From Halomonas socia (lineage in GTDB: Bacteria > Pseudomonadota > Gammaproteobacteria > Pseudomonadales > Halomonadaceae), in the NCBI GenBank assembly GCA_039725535.1, contig CP049827.1:2224556-2256555 (forward strand): a stretch of 32,000 bases of DNA. The letters run 5' to 3'. Shown here in pieces: positions 9,582 through 19,368 of this stretch. The notes beneath the pieces are model-generated. The model was not told where the DNA came from and made no database searches. It saw only the letters and a program-made list of their open reading frames with translations. The position numbers and the translations under genes are program-made. The number at the start of each line of letters is the position of its first letter. The first letter of the stretch is position 1.

Positions 9582-10352
9582 ATGCTCTCCAATATCCGCA
9601 TCGTCCTCGTCCAGACCTTTCATCCCGGCAATATCGGCCAGGCGGCTCGCGCCATGAAGACCATGGGGCTCAGCGACCTGGTGCTGGTGCGGCCGCGCTG
9701 CTACCCAGACCCGGACGCCTCGCGGCTGGCGGCCGGTGCCGAGGACGTGCTCGACGCCGCTCGGGTGGTCGAGACGCTGAGCGAGGCGCTTGCCGACTGC
9801 GTTCAGGTCGTCGGTGCCAGCGCCCGCCTGCGCAGCCTGCCGCTGCCCCACTTTGATGAGCCTGACGCCATGGCCGAGGTGATCGTCGAGCACGCCCGCC
9901 AGTCGCCGGTGGCACTGGTATTCGGCCGCGAGCGCTCGGGGCTGACCAACGACGAGATCCGCCAGTGCAGCCATCAGGTGAGCATTCCGGCCAACCCCGA
10001 CTACGGTATCCTCAACCTTTCCCAGGCGGTGCAGGTGCTGGCCTACGAAGTACACCGCGCCTGGCGCCGGCAGCCGGCCAGCGACTACCGCTATCAGCGC
10101 CCGGCCCAGGCCGAGCCGCCAACCCGTGAGCAGCTAGGTCATTTCCAAGCGCATCTTTCCCGGGTCATGACCAGTAGCGGCTTTCTCACTCAGCCCCACG
10201 CCGCCACCGAGCAGCAGTTGCAGGCGCTGTTCGCCCGCGCTCAACCTTCGCGCCGTGAACTCTCGCTGCTGCGCGGGCTGCTCAGCGCAGTGGAGCAGCA
10301 TATTGCCATTGATTCGCCCGATGACAAGGAAAGGTCACGCAATCGTGACTAG
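9582..10352 (+). CDS. trmJ: tRNA (cytidine/uridine-2'-O)-methyltransferase TrmJ (SpoU/TrmH family)
   Basis: 256 aa. N-terminus MLSNIRIVLVQTFHPGNIGQAARAMKTMGL... and motifs VFGRERSGLTNDE and NLSQAVQVLAYEV closely parallel E. coli TrmJ. Confidence 0.9.
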   Translation: MLSNIRIVLVQTFHPGNIGQAARAMKTMGLSDLVLVRPRCYPDPDASRLAAGAEDVLDAARVVETLSEALADCVQVVGASARLRSLPLPHFDEPDAMAEVIVEHARQSPVALVFGRERSGLTNDEIRQCSHQVSIPANPDYGILNLSQAVQVLAYEVHRAWRRQPASDYRYQRPAQAEPPTREQLGHFQAHLSRVMTSSGFLTQPHAATEQQLQALFARAQPSRRELSLLRGLLSAVEQHIAIDSPDDKERSRNRD

Positions 10353-10493
10353 ACTGTCATCTAACCGGCCTATAACGGTTGGGCGGGCGCAACGGATACT
10401 GCTCTACCTCGTCAAGGATGCGACGGCGCAGGGAGCGCCAACAGGAAATGGCCACGGCCATGGCACCCGGACGGTGCTCAGGGAGGAAGGAAT

Positions 10494-10530
10494 ACGCCAT
10501 GAAGCGTCGGGCTTCATGGCGTTTTCTTTT
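10494..10530 (+). terminator. rho-independent terminator between convergent trmJ and ilvE-like genes
   Basis: Perfect 12-bp stem ACGCCATGAAGC / GCTTCATGGCGT, loop GTCGG, then TTTCTTTT on the plus strand. An A-tract on the other side allows some bidirectional function. It ends 6 nt from the ilvE-like stop. Confidence 0.8.
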
Positions 10531-10535
10531 GTCCG

Positions 10536-11507
10536 CTAGGTGCCCTGTGCGGTGGCTGTCAGCCAGGCGTCATACCCCTCCAACTTACCCCGCGCCAGTT
10601 GCCGATAGAGGCCCTGCAGTCGCGCCGTCACGCTGCGTGCTTCGATGGCCTCGAGCGGCTTGAGGGCATCGGCGCCGCGCACGCCGATACGCCGCCCGTC
10701 GAGCTCGCGCAGCGGCAGAATCTCGGCGGCGGTACCGGTGACGAACGCCTCCTCGGCGGTATACAGCTCGTCGCGAGTGATGCGCCGCTCACGCACCTCG
10801 AGGCCCAGTTCGCGACGCGCCAGTGTGATCACGCTGTCGCGGGTAATGCCCTGCAGGCAGGAAGTGATCTCCGGGGTATGCAGCACGCCGTCGCGCAGCA
10901 AGAATACATTGGCCGCCGAGGCCTCGGCGACATAGCCCTCCGGGTCGAGCATGATGGTCTCGTCGAAGCCCGCCTTGACCGCGGTATTGAGTGCCAGGAT
11001 CGAGTTGACGTAGTGGCCGTTGGTCTTGGCACGACACAGGCTGATATTGACATGATGGCGTGCCCAGGAAGAGGTCAAGGCACGCAGGCCGATCTGCGCA
11101 GCACATGGGTCGAGATAGTCGCCGAGATCCCAGGCGGCGATCATCACATGGGTGGTCAGGCCCTTGGCGCGCAGCCCCATCCCCTCGGCACCGAAGTACA
11201 CCGTCGGCTTGAGGTAGGCATTGGCAAGGTCGTTGCGCCTGACGCACTCACGCTGCGCCTCGAGCAAGTCCGCCGCGTCCCACGCCAGCGGCATATCCAG
11301 TGCATGGGCGCTATCCAGCAGCCTACGGGTATGCTCGGCGGCCCGGAAAAGATGCGTGCCGCCCTCGCCGGCATAGGCGCGCACGCCCTCGAAGCAGCCC
11401 ATGCCGTAGTGCAGGGTATGGCTCAACAGATGGGTGGTGGCCTCGCGCCAGGCCAGCCACTCGCCGTCCTGCCAGATCCATCCGTCGCGGTCATATAGCG
11501 GTGTCAT
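10536..11507 (-). CDS. ilvE: branched-chain-amino-acid aminotransferase (class IV PLP enzyme)
   Basis: 323 aa with a class IV aminotransferase sequence (...HYGMGCFEGVRAY..., ...ISLCRAKTNGHYVNSILA..., EASAANVFLL). AAGGA SD. Confidence 0.85.
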   Translation of the reverse strand: MTPLYDRDGWIWQDGEWLAWREATTHLLSHTLHYGMGCFEGVRAYAGEGGTHLFRAAEHTRRLLDSAHALDMPLAWDAADLLEAQRECVRRNDLANAYLKPTVYFGAEGMGLRAKGLTTHVMIAAWDLGDYLDPCAAQIGLRALTSSWARHHVNISLCRAKTNGHYVNSILALNTAVKAGFDETIMLDPEGYVAEASAANVFLLRDGVLHTPEITSCLQGITRDSVITLARRELGLEVRERRITRDELYTAEEAFVTGTAAEILPLRELDGRRIGVRGADALKPLEAIEARSVTARLQGLYRQLARGKLEGYDAWLTATAQGT

Positions 11508-11554
11508 CGTTTCGTCCTTGCCAAATGAGAGAGCCCCCGGCCAAGCGAGAGCCG

Positions 11555-12829
11555 TCAGCCGAAGCGGCCGGGGCGAAACGCCTCCATCGCCAACGCCGGC
11601 TTGTCACCGTCGATCAGTTGCGCGATCAGCTGGGCGCTGGCCGCCGACAGGGTCCAGCCGAAGGTGCCGTGGCCGGTATTCAGGAACAGGTTGTTGCGCT
11701 TGCCTTCACCAATCACCGGCGGTCCATCCGGAGTCATCGGCCGGAAGCCGGCCCATGACTCGGCGGCGTCGACATCGGCCGCGCCGGCGAATCGCGCTGC
11801 CACGGCGCGGCGTAGCGTCGCCAGCCGCGCCGCCGGAATCTGCCGGTCGTGCTCGGCCAGCTCGGCGAAGCCGGTGACCCGCAGGCGCTCACCGAGGCGC
11901 GTGAATACCACCTTGTAGCGATCATCGATCACCGTCGAGCGCGGTGCCCGGGCAGCATCGCGCAGCGGCATGGTCAGCGAATAGCCCTTCACCGGATAGA
12001 TCGGCAGTCGGGCACCGAACAGCTCTCCGAGGCGCTGCGAGGCGGTGCCGGCACACAGCACGAAGGCATCAGCGGCCAGCGGAGCCTGAGGCTCTCCCGC
12101 GGCGTTGGCCAACGTCAAGGCACGCAGATGGCCGCCGCTGTCACGCTCGGCGCCGGTCACTTGGGTCTCGAACAGGAAATCCACCCCGCGTGCCGCGCAG
12201 ACCGCGGCCAACGCCTGGGTGAAGCGGTGGCAGTCACCGGTGCCGTCGCCGGGCAGCCAGATGCCGCCTACCAGCGGCTGGCTACCGGCCAGGGCAGGTT
12301 CGCGCTCGGCGACCTCGGCCGCCGTCATCAGTTGATGCTCGATGCCCATCTCACCGAGCAGCCCGGCGTTGACCTGCAGCGCCTTGAGCGACTCGACGTC
12401 GCTGGCCAAATCGACCAGGCCGCCCCGACCGGCGTCGAAGGCGAGCGTCGCATCGTCCTCCAGCGCCTCGAAGCACTGGCGGCTATAGGCCCCCAGACGC
12501 AGCATGGCACGCTTGTTGGCCTCGAACAGGCCGGGCTGCTGGGCAAAGCGCCAGGTCGCCGCCAGGAAACTCAAGGTATGCCGCGAGGGCGGCAGTCGCA
12601 GCTTGAGCGGGCCGTCGCGCTTGACCAGCCACGGCAGGGCCTTCTTGAGCATCGCCGGCGAGGCCCAGGGGTAGACATAGCCGTAGCTGCGCTGGCCGGC
12701 GTTGGCACGGCTGGTCTCGAGCCCCGCAGCAGCGTGGCACTCCACCACCGTGACACGGTGGCCGCGCTGCTGTAGGGCATGCGCCGTGGTCACGCCCACC
12801 ACGCCGGCACCGATCACCGCAATCTCCAC
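11555..12829 (-). CDS. dadA: D-amino-acid dehydrogenase (DadA-like FAD oxidoreductase)
   Basis: Strong similarity to E. coli DadA along its length (IAVIGAGVVGVTTA..., ETSRANAGQ, PLKGYSLT, GLRPMTPDG, NTGHGTxGWT). GTG start at 12829 is preferred (GAGGAGAGG SD, Rossmann motif at the N-terminus). An alternative ATG at 12928 would add 33 aa and overlap the upstream gene by 8 nt. Confidence 0.8.
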   Translation of the reverse strand: MEIAVIGAGVVGVTTAHALQQRGHRVTVVECHAAAGLETSRANAGQRSYGYVYPWASPAMLKKALPWLVKRDGPLKLRLPPSRHTLSFLAATWRFAQQPGLFEANKRAMLRLGAYSRQCFEALEDDATLAFDAGRGGLVDLASDVESLKALQVNAGLLGEMGIEHQLMTAAEVAEREPALAGSQPLVGGIWLPGDGTGDCHRFTQALAAVCAARGVDFLFETQVTGAERDSGGHLRALTLANAAGEPQAPLAADAFVLCAGTASQRLGELFGARLPIYPVKGYSLTMPLRDAARAPRSTVIDDRYKVVFTRLGERLRVTGFAELAEHDRQIPAARLATLRRAVAARFAGAADVDAAESWAGFRPMTPDGPPVIGEGKRNNLFLNTGHGTFGWTLSAASAQLIAQLIDGDKPALAMEAFRPGRFG

Positions 12830-12920
12830 GTCACCTCTCCTCAGCACTGGGTATTCGCTGCCCGTCGTCGACCCGGCAGCGCTGATGCGGCTGTACGCCG
12901 GGAGCGTCAGGCGGCTTGGG

Positions 12921-13862
12921 TCATGCACGCCCCTCGAGCTGCTCCCAGACCTCGATGGCCGCCGCCAGGTCCTCCAACGATGCCCCTACCGACTTGAACA
13001 GGGTGATCGCCTCGTTCGAGGAGCGTCCCGGCTTCTCGTTGCGCAGTAGCTCGGCGAGCTCGGCGCCGATATCGTCGAAACGAAAGGCGCCCTCGTCGAT
13101 GGCCTGCAGGATATCGCCGGCCTCGCCCTGGGCGCCGGCATAGGTGTCGACGAACACCTCGCTGCGCGCGAAGCACTCGGCGTCGGTCTCGCGCATGCTG
13201 GGGCGAAAGGCGCCGATCAGGTCGAGATGAGTGCCGGGGCTGAGCCAGGCGCCGCGGATCAGCGGCTCGCTGGAGAGCGTCACGCAGCTGACGATATCCG
13301 CTTCACGGGTGGCCGCCTCGAGATCCTCCACTGCCGCGGTATCGAAATGCCCGGCGTAGCCGGCTGCCAGCCGCTCGGCCTTGTCGCGATGGCGCCCCCA
13401 GATCCGCACGCGCTTGATGGGGCGCACCGCCGCATGCGCCTCGATCACCATCGGCGCCAACTTGCCGGTACCTACCACTAGCAGGGTCTCGGCGTCGTCG
13501 CGGGCCAGCTCGCGGGCGGCCAGCGCCGAGGCCGCCGCGGTACGCCGACGGGTCAGTTCGCCGCCGTCGAGACACGCCAGCGGCCGACCGTGGGCACCTT
13601 CGCTGAGCAGATAGACACCGGCAATCGCCGGCAAGCCGTGGTCGGCGTTCTGGGGAAAGACGTTGACCATCTTGACCCCGATATACCCGGCCTGCTCCCA
13701 GGCCGGCATCAGTAGCAGGGTGGCCTCGCCGTCGGGCCGCTGCATGGCGTGATGGTGGCGCGGTGGTGATTCCACGCCGTTGCGGAAGGTCCGCGCCAGC
13801 CGCTCGACCAGCGCCTGCCACGGCAGCGCCGCGGCTACCTGTTCGGCTGAGATGACACGCAT
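12921..13862 (-). CDS. ornithine cyclodeaminase / mu-crystallin family protein (cyclodeaminase or cyclic-imine reductase)
   Basis: 313 aa from ATG 13862 (MRVISAEQV...). OCD-family features include LLVVGTGKLA. The start lies 1 nt after the stop of the upstream RidA gene. Confidence 0.8.
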   Translation of the reverse strand: MRVISAEQVAAALPWQALVERLARTFRNGVESPPRHHHAMQRPDGEATLLLMPAWEQAGYIGVKMVNVFPQNADHGLPAIAGVYLLSEGAHGRPLACLDGGELTRRRTAAASALAARELARDDAETLLVVGTGKLAPMVIEAHAAVRPIKRVRIWGRHRDKAERLAAGYAGHFDTAAVEDLEAATREADIVSCVTLSSEPLIRGAWLSPGTHLDLIGAFRPSMRETDAECFARSEVFVDTYAGAQGEAGDILQAIDEGAFRFDDIGAELAELLRNEKPGRSSNEAITLFKSVGASLEDLAAAIEVWEQLEGRA

Positions 13863-13863
13863 A

Positions 13864-14220
13864 TCAGGCCCCCGGAATCGCCGCGATGACCATGATCTCG
13901 ACCTTCCACTCGGGCTTGGCCAGCTTGGCTTCGGTGGCGGCGCGCACCGGCGGGCGGCCGGGCACCACCCAGGCGTCCCAGGCGGCATTCATCTGGTCGA
14001 ACTCGGCCATGCTGGTGACCCAGATCTGGGCGCTGAGCAGATGCTCCTTGGAGGTACCGGCGCCAGCCAGCAGGCGCTCGATCTTGGCCAGCACCTGCTC
14101 GGTCTGGCCACGCATGTCGGCGCTGGGATCGTCCGGCACCTGGCCGGCCAGGTAGACGGTGCCATTATGCAAGGTGGCCTGGCTCATGCGGGTGTTGCTG
14201 TCGTGATACTGGATGCTCAT
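13864..14220 (-). CDS. RidA/YjgF/L-PSP family enamine-imine deaminase
   Basis: 118 aa MSIQYHDSNTRMSQATLHNGTVYLAGQV...VEIMVIAAIP. Only the C-terminal third of ORF 13864-14667 is protein-like; the rest is Arg/Gly-rich artefact. Confidence 0.8.
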   Translation of the reverse strand: MSIQYHDSNTRMSQATLHNGTVYLAGQVPDDPSADMRGQTEQVLAKIERLLAGAGTSKEHLLSAQIWVTSMAEFDQMNAAWDAWVVPGRPPVRAATEAKLAKPEWKVEIMVIAAIPGA

Positions 14221-14273
14221 ATGCTGCTCTCTCATGATGGGCTGGCCACCAGGGGCCAAGCGGATGAAAAGAC

Positions 14274-15308
14274 TCAGGAGTGACAGTAGCCGTACATGAA
14301 CGCGGCCAGGTTGGCTCCCAGATACCGGGTAGGATAACCGCCCTCCTGGACGATCACCGTCGGCAGCCCGATGGCTGCCAAACGCTGCCCCAGTGGCGTA
14401 AAGTCCTCGGTCTCCAGGGCCAATCCGGCCAGCGGATCGGCCCGGTGGGCATCGAGCCCCAGCGCCACCACCAGCGCCGTGGGGCGAAACGCCTGCATGG
14501 CCTCGACAAGACGTTCCAGCGCAGCCATGAAGCTCCCTGCGTCGCTGCCCAAAGGTAACGGGATATTGAGATTGGCGCCGGCCCCTTCGCCCTCGCCGGT
14601 CTCGTCGGCGCCACCCCAGAAGAACGGATAGAAATCTGCCGGGTCGGCGTGCAGCGAACCTGTCCACACATCGCCGCGGGCGTAGAAAATATCCTGGGTA
14701 CCGTTGCCATGATGCAGGTCGACGTCGAGGATCGCCACCCGCGCATGCTGCTCACGCAGCACCGTGGCGGCCAGCGCGGTATTGTTGAGGAAGCAGAAAC
14801 CGCCGGCCCGCTCGGGACCGGCGTGGTGCCCAGGAGGCCGGCACAGCGCGTAGGCGCTGGGGGCGCCGTTGGCCACCTGCTCGGTGGCCGCCTCGGCCAC
14901 CGCGGCATTGGCGATGATGCCGGCGAAGCTGTCGGCGGTCATCGGGCAGGCCATGTCGTGCATATGCCAGCCCACCTGACCCACCGGGTGGCGCGGGTAG
15001 TGATGACCGCCGCCGCAGGGGTGGACGTTGGGTGCGACGATCTCGGCGGCATCCGGCAGCGCCTGCCAGCGGGCGTGAATGGTCTCGAGAAATGCGAGAT
15101 AGCGCGGCGTATGAATGCGCGCCAGCCGCTCGCGCAGCCGCGGGCTATCGGTTTGCGCCGGGGCGTCCAGCGTAAACCCCAGCGAGGCCAGCCCCTCGCT
15201 CAGCAGCGTAGCGCGCTCGGGGCCCTCCGGCGAGGCCACCGCACGGCCGCGCAGCAGAAAACTCGGCGGCGCGTGGTGCGCCTGGTCGGGGTGATAATAG
15301 AGTTGCAT
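14274..15308 (-). CDS. histone-deacetylase-family zinc amidohydrolase (acetylpolyamine/acetyl-amino-acid amidohydrolase-like)
   Basis: Motifs RPPGHHA and DVDLHHGNGTQDIF are typical of the HDAC/AcuC/AphA family. ATG at 15308 (MQLYYHP...) is preferred. A GTG at 15317, 3 nt after the dctM-type stop, is the alternative. Confidence 0.8.
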   Translation of the reverse strand: MQLYYHPDQAHHAPPSFLLRGRAVASPEGPERATLLSEGLASLGFTLDAPAQTDSPRLRERLARIHTPRYLAFLETIHARWQALPDAAEIVAPNVHPCGGGHHYPRHPVGQVGWHMHDMACPMTADSFAGIIANAAVAEAATEQVANGAPSAYALCRPPGHHAGPERAGGFCFLNNTALAATVLREQHARVAILDVDLHHGNGTQDIFYARGDVWTGSLHADPADFYPFFWGGADETGEGEGAGANLNIPLPLGSDAGSFMAALERLVEAMQAFRPTALVVALGLDAHRADPLAGLALETEDFTPLGQRLAAIGLPTVIVQEGGYPTRYLGANLAAFMYGYCHS

Positions 15309-15320
15309 AGTCGTCACTGG

Positions 15321-16616
15321 TCAGTACCCCAGTCGCGCCGGTAACCAGGTCACCAGAGCCGGGAAGGCAATCAGGATCACGATAGTCGCGAAGATCGGCA
15401 CCAGGAAAGGCAGTACCGACATCACCACCTGACCGTAGCGCAAACGAGTAATCCCTACCATCAGGAACAACACCGTGCCGAATGGCGGCGTCACCACGCC
15501 CACCGAGAGTGTGATGACCATCACGATACCGAAATGCAGTGGATCGAGCCCCGCCGCCAGCGCCGCCGGCACCACGATCGGTGTAAAAATCAGGATGCTC
15601 TCGATCACCGACATGAAACAGCCAATCAGCAGGAAGAAAAGCGCAAAGCCCAGCAGCAGCACCAGGGTCGATACCTCCAGCCCTGCCACCTCGCCAGCCA
15701 ACGCCTGTGGAATGCCTATCCGTACCAGCAGCCAGCCATAGAAGCTCGATACCGCGATAATCAGCAGGATCGCCGTGCTGAACATTAGCGTGCGGCGGAA
15801 GGCACGATAGAGATCGATCAGACCAAGATCGCGGTAGATCAAGCCACCAAGGACCAAGGCGTAGAGAGAGGCCACCGCCCCAGCCTCTGTGGGGGAGAAG
15901 AAACCGCTCCAGATACCGCCGACGATGATCGCCGGCATCACCAGCGGCAGAATCGCCCGCCGTCCGGTGCGCAGCACCTCGCTTGCCAAGAAGGGTGTCG
16001 GTGCAGGCATCGCCACTCGATTGGTGGCCGCCAGTGCCACGGTCAACCCCATCAACATCAACGCCATCAGGATCCCTGGCACCAGACCGGCCATAAACAG
16101 CGCACCAATACTGACATTGGCCAGCCAGCCATATACCACCAGGGCGATGGAGGGCGGCAGAATCGGGCCAATCACGCTGGAGGCAGCGGTAATACCCGTC
16201 GAATAGCCCAGATCGTAGCCGCGCTCCTTCATCGCCTTGATCTCGACGCTGCCAAGACCGGCGGCATCTGCCACCGCAGTACCCGACATGGTGGCGAACA
16301 GCGAACTGGCCACCACATTGGCGTGCCCCAGCCCCCCTTTGGTAAAGCCGACCAGAGCAGTGGCAAAATCGAAGATTCGCGAGGTCGTGGAACCCGAGTT
16401 CATAATATTGGCGGCCAGGATGAACAGTGGTATCGCTAGCAGGGTGTAATTGTTCAGCGTCTGCACCATGCGTAGCGACATCAGTTCCACCGACAATCCG
16501 GTGGCACTGGTCACCGCCAGTGCAATGAAGGAGGTCATCCCGATCGCCACGACGACGGGTAGGCCAATGGCCATCAACAGCAGCAGGGCACCGACAAAGA
16601 TGATCAGTTCAAGCAT
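15321..16616 (-). CDS. TRAP transporter large permease (DctM family)
   Basis: 431-aa polytopic membrane protein starting MLELIIFVGALLLL. The ATG overlaps the stop of the small-permease gene by 1 nt (TGATG). Confidence 0.9.
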   Translation of the reverse strand: MLELIIFVGALLLLMAIGLPVVVAIGMTSFIALAVTSATGLSVELMSLRMVQTLNNYTLLAIPLFILAANIMNSGSTTSRIFDFATALVGFTKGGLGHANVVASSLFATMSGTAVADAAGLGSVEIKAMKERGYDLGYSTGITAASSVIGPILPPSIALVVYGWLANVSIGALFMAGLVPGILMALMLMGLTVALAATNRVAMPAPTPFLASEVLRTGRRAILPLVMPAIIVGGIWSGFFSPTEAGAVASLYALVLGGLIYRDLGLIDLYRAFRRTLMFSTAILLIIAVSSFYGWLLVRIGIPQALAGEVAGLEVSTLVLLLGFALFFLLIGCFMSVIESILIFTPIVVPAALAAGLDPLHFGIVMVITLSVGVVTPPFGTVLFLMVGITRLRYGQVVMSVLPFLVPIFATIVILIAFPALVTWLPARLGY

Positions 16617-17158
16617 CAGGCGCCCTCCTCGTCCATGTCTGCCATGGGTCGCCAATCGACCGGGCCACGCAGCACTTGCCAGGCCGACAGCACCGCCATA
16701 CCAGCAAAGCCAATCAGGATGCCCAGGTAGAGATAACTAAAGCTGATACCCAGCGACACGGTGCGATTGTTGGCACTGGCACCCACCATGATCCAGGCCC
16801 CCCAGGCGGCGAGCACGAAAAAGCCGCAGGAGAGCAGCGCGACGAGCCGATACTGCAAGTCGCGCGCCACTCCGGCAAGACGGTGACTGAACAGATCCAC
16901 GACCAGGTGCTCGCCACGCACCCAGGCTGAGAGCGAACCGAACCCGATCGCATAGATGGCCAGCATCGAGGCAACCTCCTCGGACCAGGGCATCCCCAGA
17001 CCGAGCAGGTCGCGAGCCACCACGGCGCCAGACAGCAGCAGCAACACCCCTGCCAGCAGCAATACACCCAGGATATCGCAACCCAAGGTCAGCCCCCGCA
17101 AAAGATAAAAGGCCACCCGGTCCAGGGTGGCGACGGGCGGCATTGGGGAACGGGACAC
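16616..17158 (-). CDS. TRAP transporter small permease (DctQ family)
   Basis: 180 aa with four hydrophobic segments. GTG start at 17158 has a GAGGAGGAG SD at 6-nt spacing. Confidence 0.8.
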   Translation of the reverse strand: MSRSPMPPVATLDRVAFYLLRGLTLGCDILGVLLLAGVLLLLSGAVVARDLLGLGMPWSEEVASMLAIYAIGFGSLSAWVRGEHLVVDLFSHRLAGVARDLQYRLVALLSCGFFVLAAWGAWIMVGASANNRTVSLGISFSYLYLGILIGFAGMAVLSAWQVLRGPVDWRPMADMDEEGA

Positions 17159-17189
17159 GGCAGACTCCTCCTCGGAGGTTGTTCACAAT

Positions 17190-17224
17190 GCAGCAGCGGC
17201 GCCCCGCAAGGTCGCCGCTGTTGC
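17190..17224 (-). other. intercistronic stem-loop between TRAP binding-protein and permease genes
   Basis: 12-bp stem (GCAGCAGCGGCG / CGCCGCTGTTGC, one G-U) with an 11-nt loop and no U-tract. It lies between the dctP-type stop (17244) and the dctQ-type start (17158). Confidence 0.5.
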
Positions 17225-17243
17225 CGCTCATAGTGAAAACGCG

Positions 17244-18221
17244 TCAGGCATCATCGCCGAGAGCATCTTCCATCACCCCATCGGCCATTTCCTCTAGCAG
17301 TCGCTCGATGGCCGGCATGGCGGCATCGCGGAAAGCATCGATTTCCGGCTCGATAATTGTCATGCCACGCTCCTCGAGCTGCTCCAGGTAGTACTCGTCG
17401 AGTTCACGTTCACGCTCGGTGCCGTATTCGCGGGCGACATGGATCGCCTCGCTAATCAGCTCCTGGTCGTCAGCATCGAGACCTTCCCACCACTGGCTGC
17501 TGGCCACCCAGTTCCAGGGGAACTGCACATGGCTGGTGAGGATGATGTGGTCCTGCACCTCCCACAGCTGGCGAGTGTAAGGCGAAGAAAGGGAGTTCTC
17601 GTGGCCATCGACCTGACCGGTCTGCATCGACAGGTAGATCTCCGGCGCCGGCACATTGACGACCTGGGCGCCGATCTCTTCCCAGACCTCCAGCCATACC
17701 GGCAGCGACGGCAGGCGGAGGCGGAACCCCTCGAGGTCATCCGGTGAGTGAATCGGCTGGTTGGCAGTCATGTGGCGAGGCCCGCGATGCTGGGTGCCGA
17801 AGTACTTCAGCCCTCCGCGCTCCTCGGCCTGCTCGATCAGCCGCTGGCCAGAAGGACTCTCCATGAAGGCGTCGACCTCCTCCCAGGTAGAGAAAACGAA
17901 CGGCACGGTAATGGCGTCATACTCCTCGGCGTACTGCTGACGCCAGTTGCCGCCGGTGATCGATATCTGGGTCTGACCGAGATTGAGCAACTCGAGTACC
18001 GAGTTCTCACCGCCCAGGGAACCGGCGAGGAAGGGTCGCACATCGAATCGGCCCGGGGCATGCTCTTCCAGATACTCGGCAAAGCGCTCGACGGCATCGC
18101 TTTCGGAGCCGCCCTCGCTCATGGTGTTGTTGACCTGAATCTCAATGGTATTTGCCAAGGAATGAGGGGCCACTGCCAGCATACCGGCAGCGATCAGGGT
18201 GGCGAGCAGTGATTTTTGCAT
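17244..18221 (-). CDS. TRAP transporter substrate-binding protein (DctP family)
   Basis: 325 aa. Signal peptide MQKSLLATLIAAGMLAVAPHSLA. DctP-family sequence. First gene of the minus-strand operon. Confidence 0.88.
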   Translation of the reverse strand: MQKSLLATLIAAGMLAVAPHSLANTIEIQVNNTMSEGGSESDAVERFAEYLEEHAPGRFDVRPFLAGSLGGENSVLELLNLGQTQISITGGNWRQQYAEEYDAITVPFVFSTWEEVDAFMESPSGQRLIEQAEERGGLKYFGTQHRGPRHMTANQPIHSPDDLEGFRLRLPSLPVWLEVWEEIGAQVVNVPAPEIYLSMQTGQVDGHENSLSSPYTRQLWEVQDHIILTSHVQFPWNWVASSQWWEGLDADDQELISEAIHVAREYGTERERELDEYYLEQLEERGMTIIEPEIDAFRDAAMPAIERLLEEMADGVMEDALGDDA

Positions 18222-18255
18222 CAGACTCTCCCTTTAATGTTGTGATTATGGTTGA

Positions 18256-19278
<1,023 letters not shown>

Positions 19279-19368
19279 GATTGACGAAGCCCGAGATCAC
19301 CATCGCCTAATTGTCTCGCGCCCGTTCGAGGCGTCATCCTGAGTGACAAGCCGCCAAGGAGTACTTCA

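Noticed and set aside
10499-10663. ORF starting MKRRASWRF... with a GGAGGAAGG SD-like sequence
   Set aside because: The start codon and first codons form the terminator stem itself, and the frame then runs antisense through the ilvE-like gene. This is most likely coincidental.
14221-14667. Upstream extension of the RidA ORF (267-aa version)
   Set aside because: It is Arg/Gly-rich, overlaps the HDAC-family gene in another frame, and has no similarity to the RidA fold. The internal ATG at 14220 gives a canonical 118-aa RidA.
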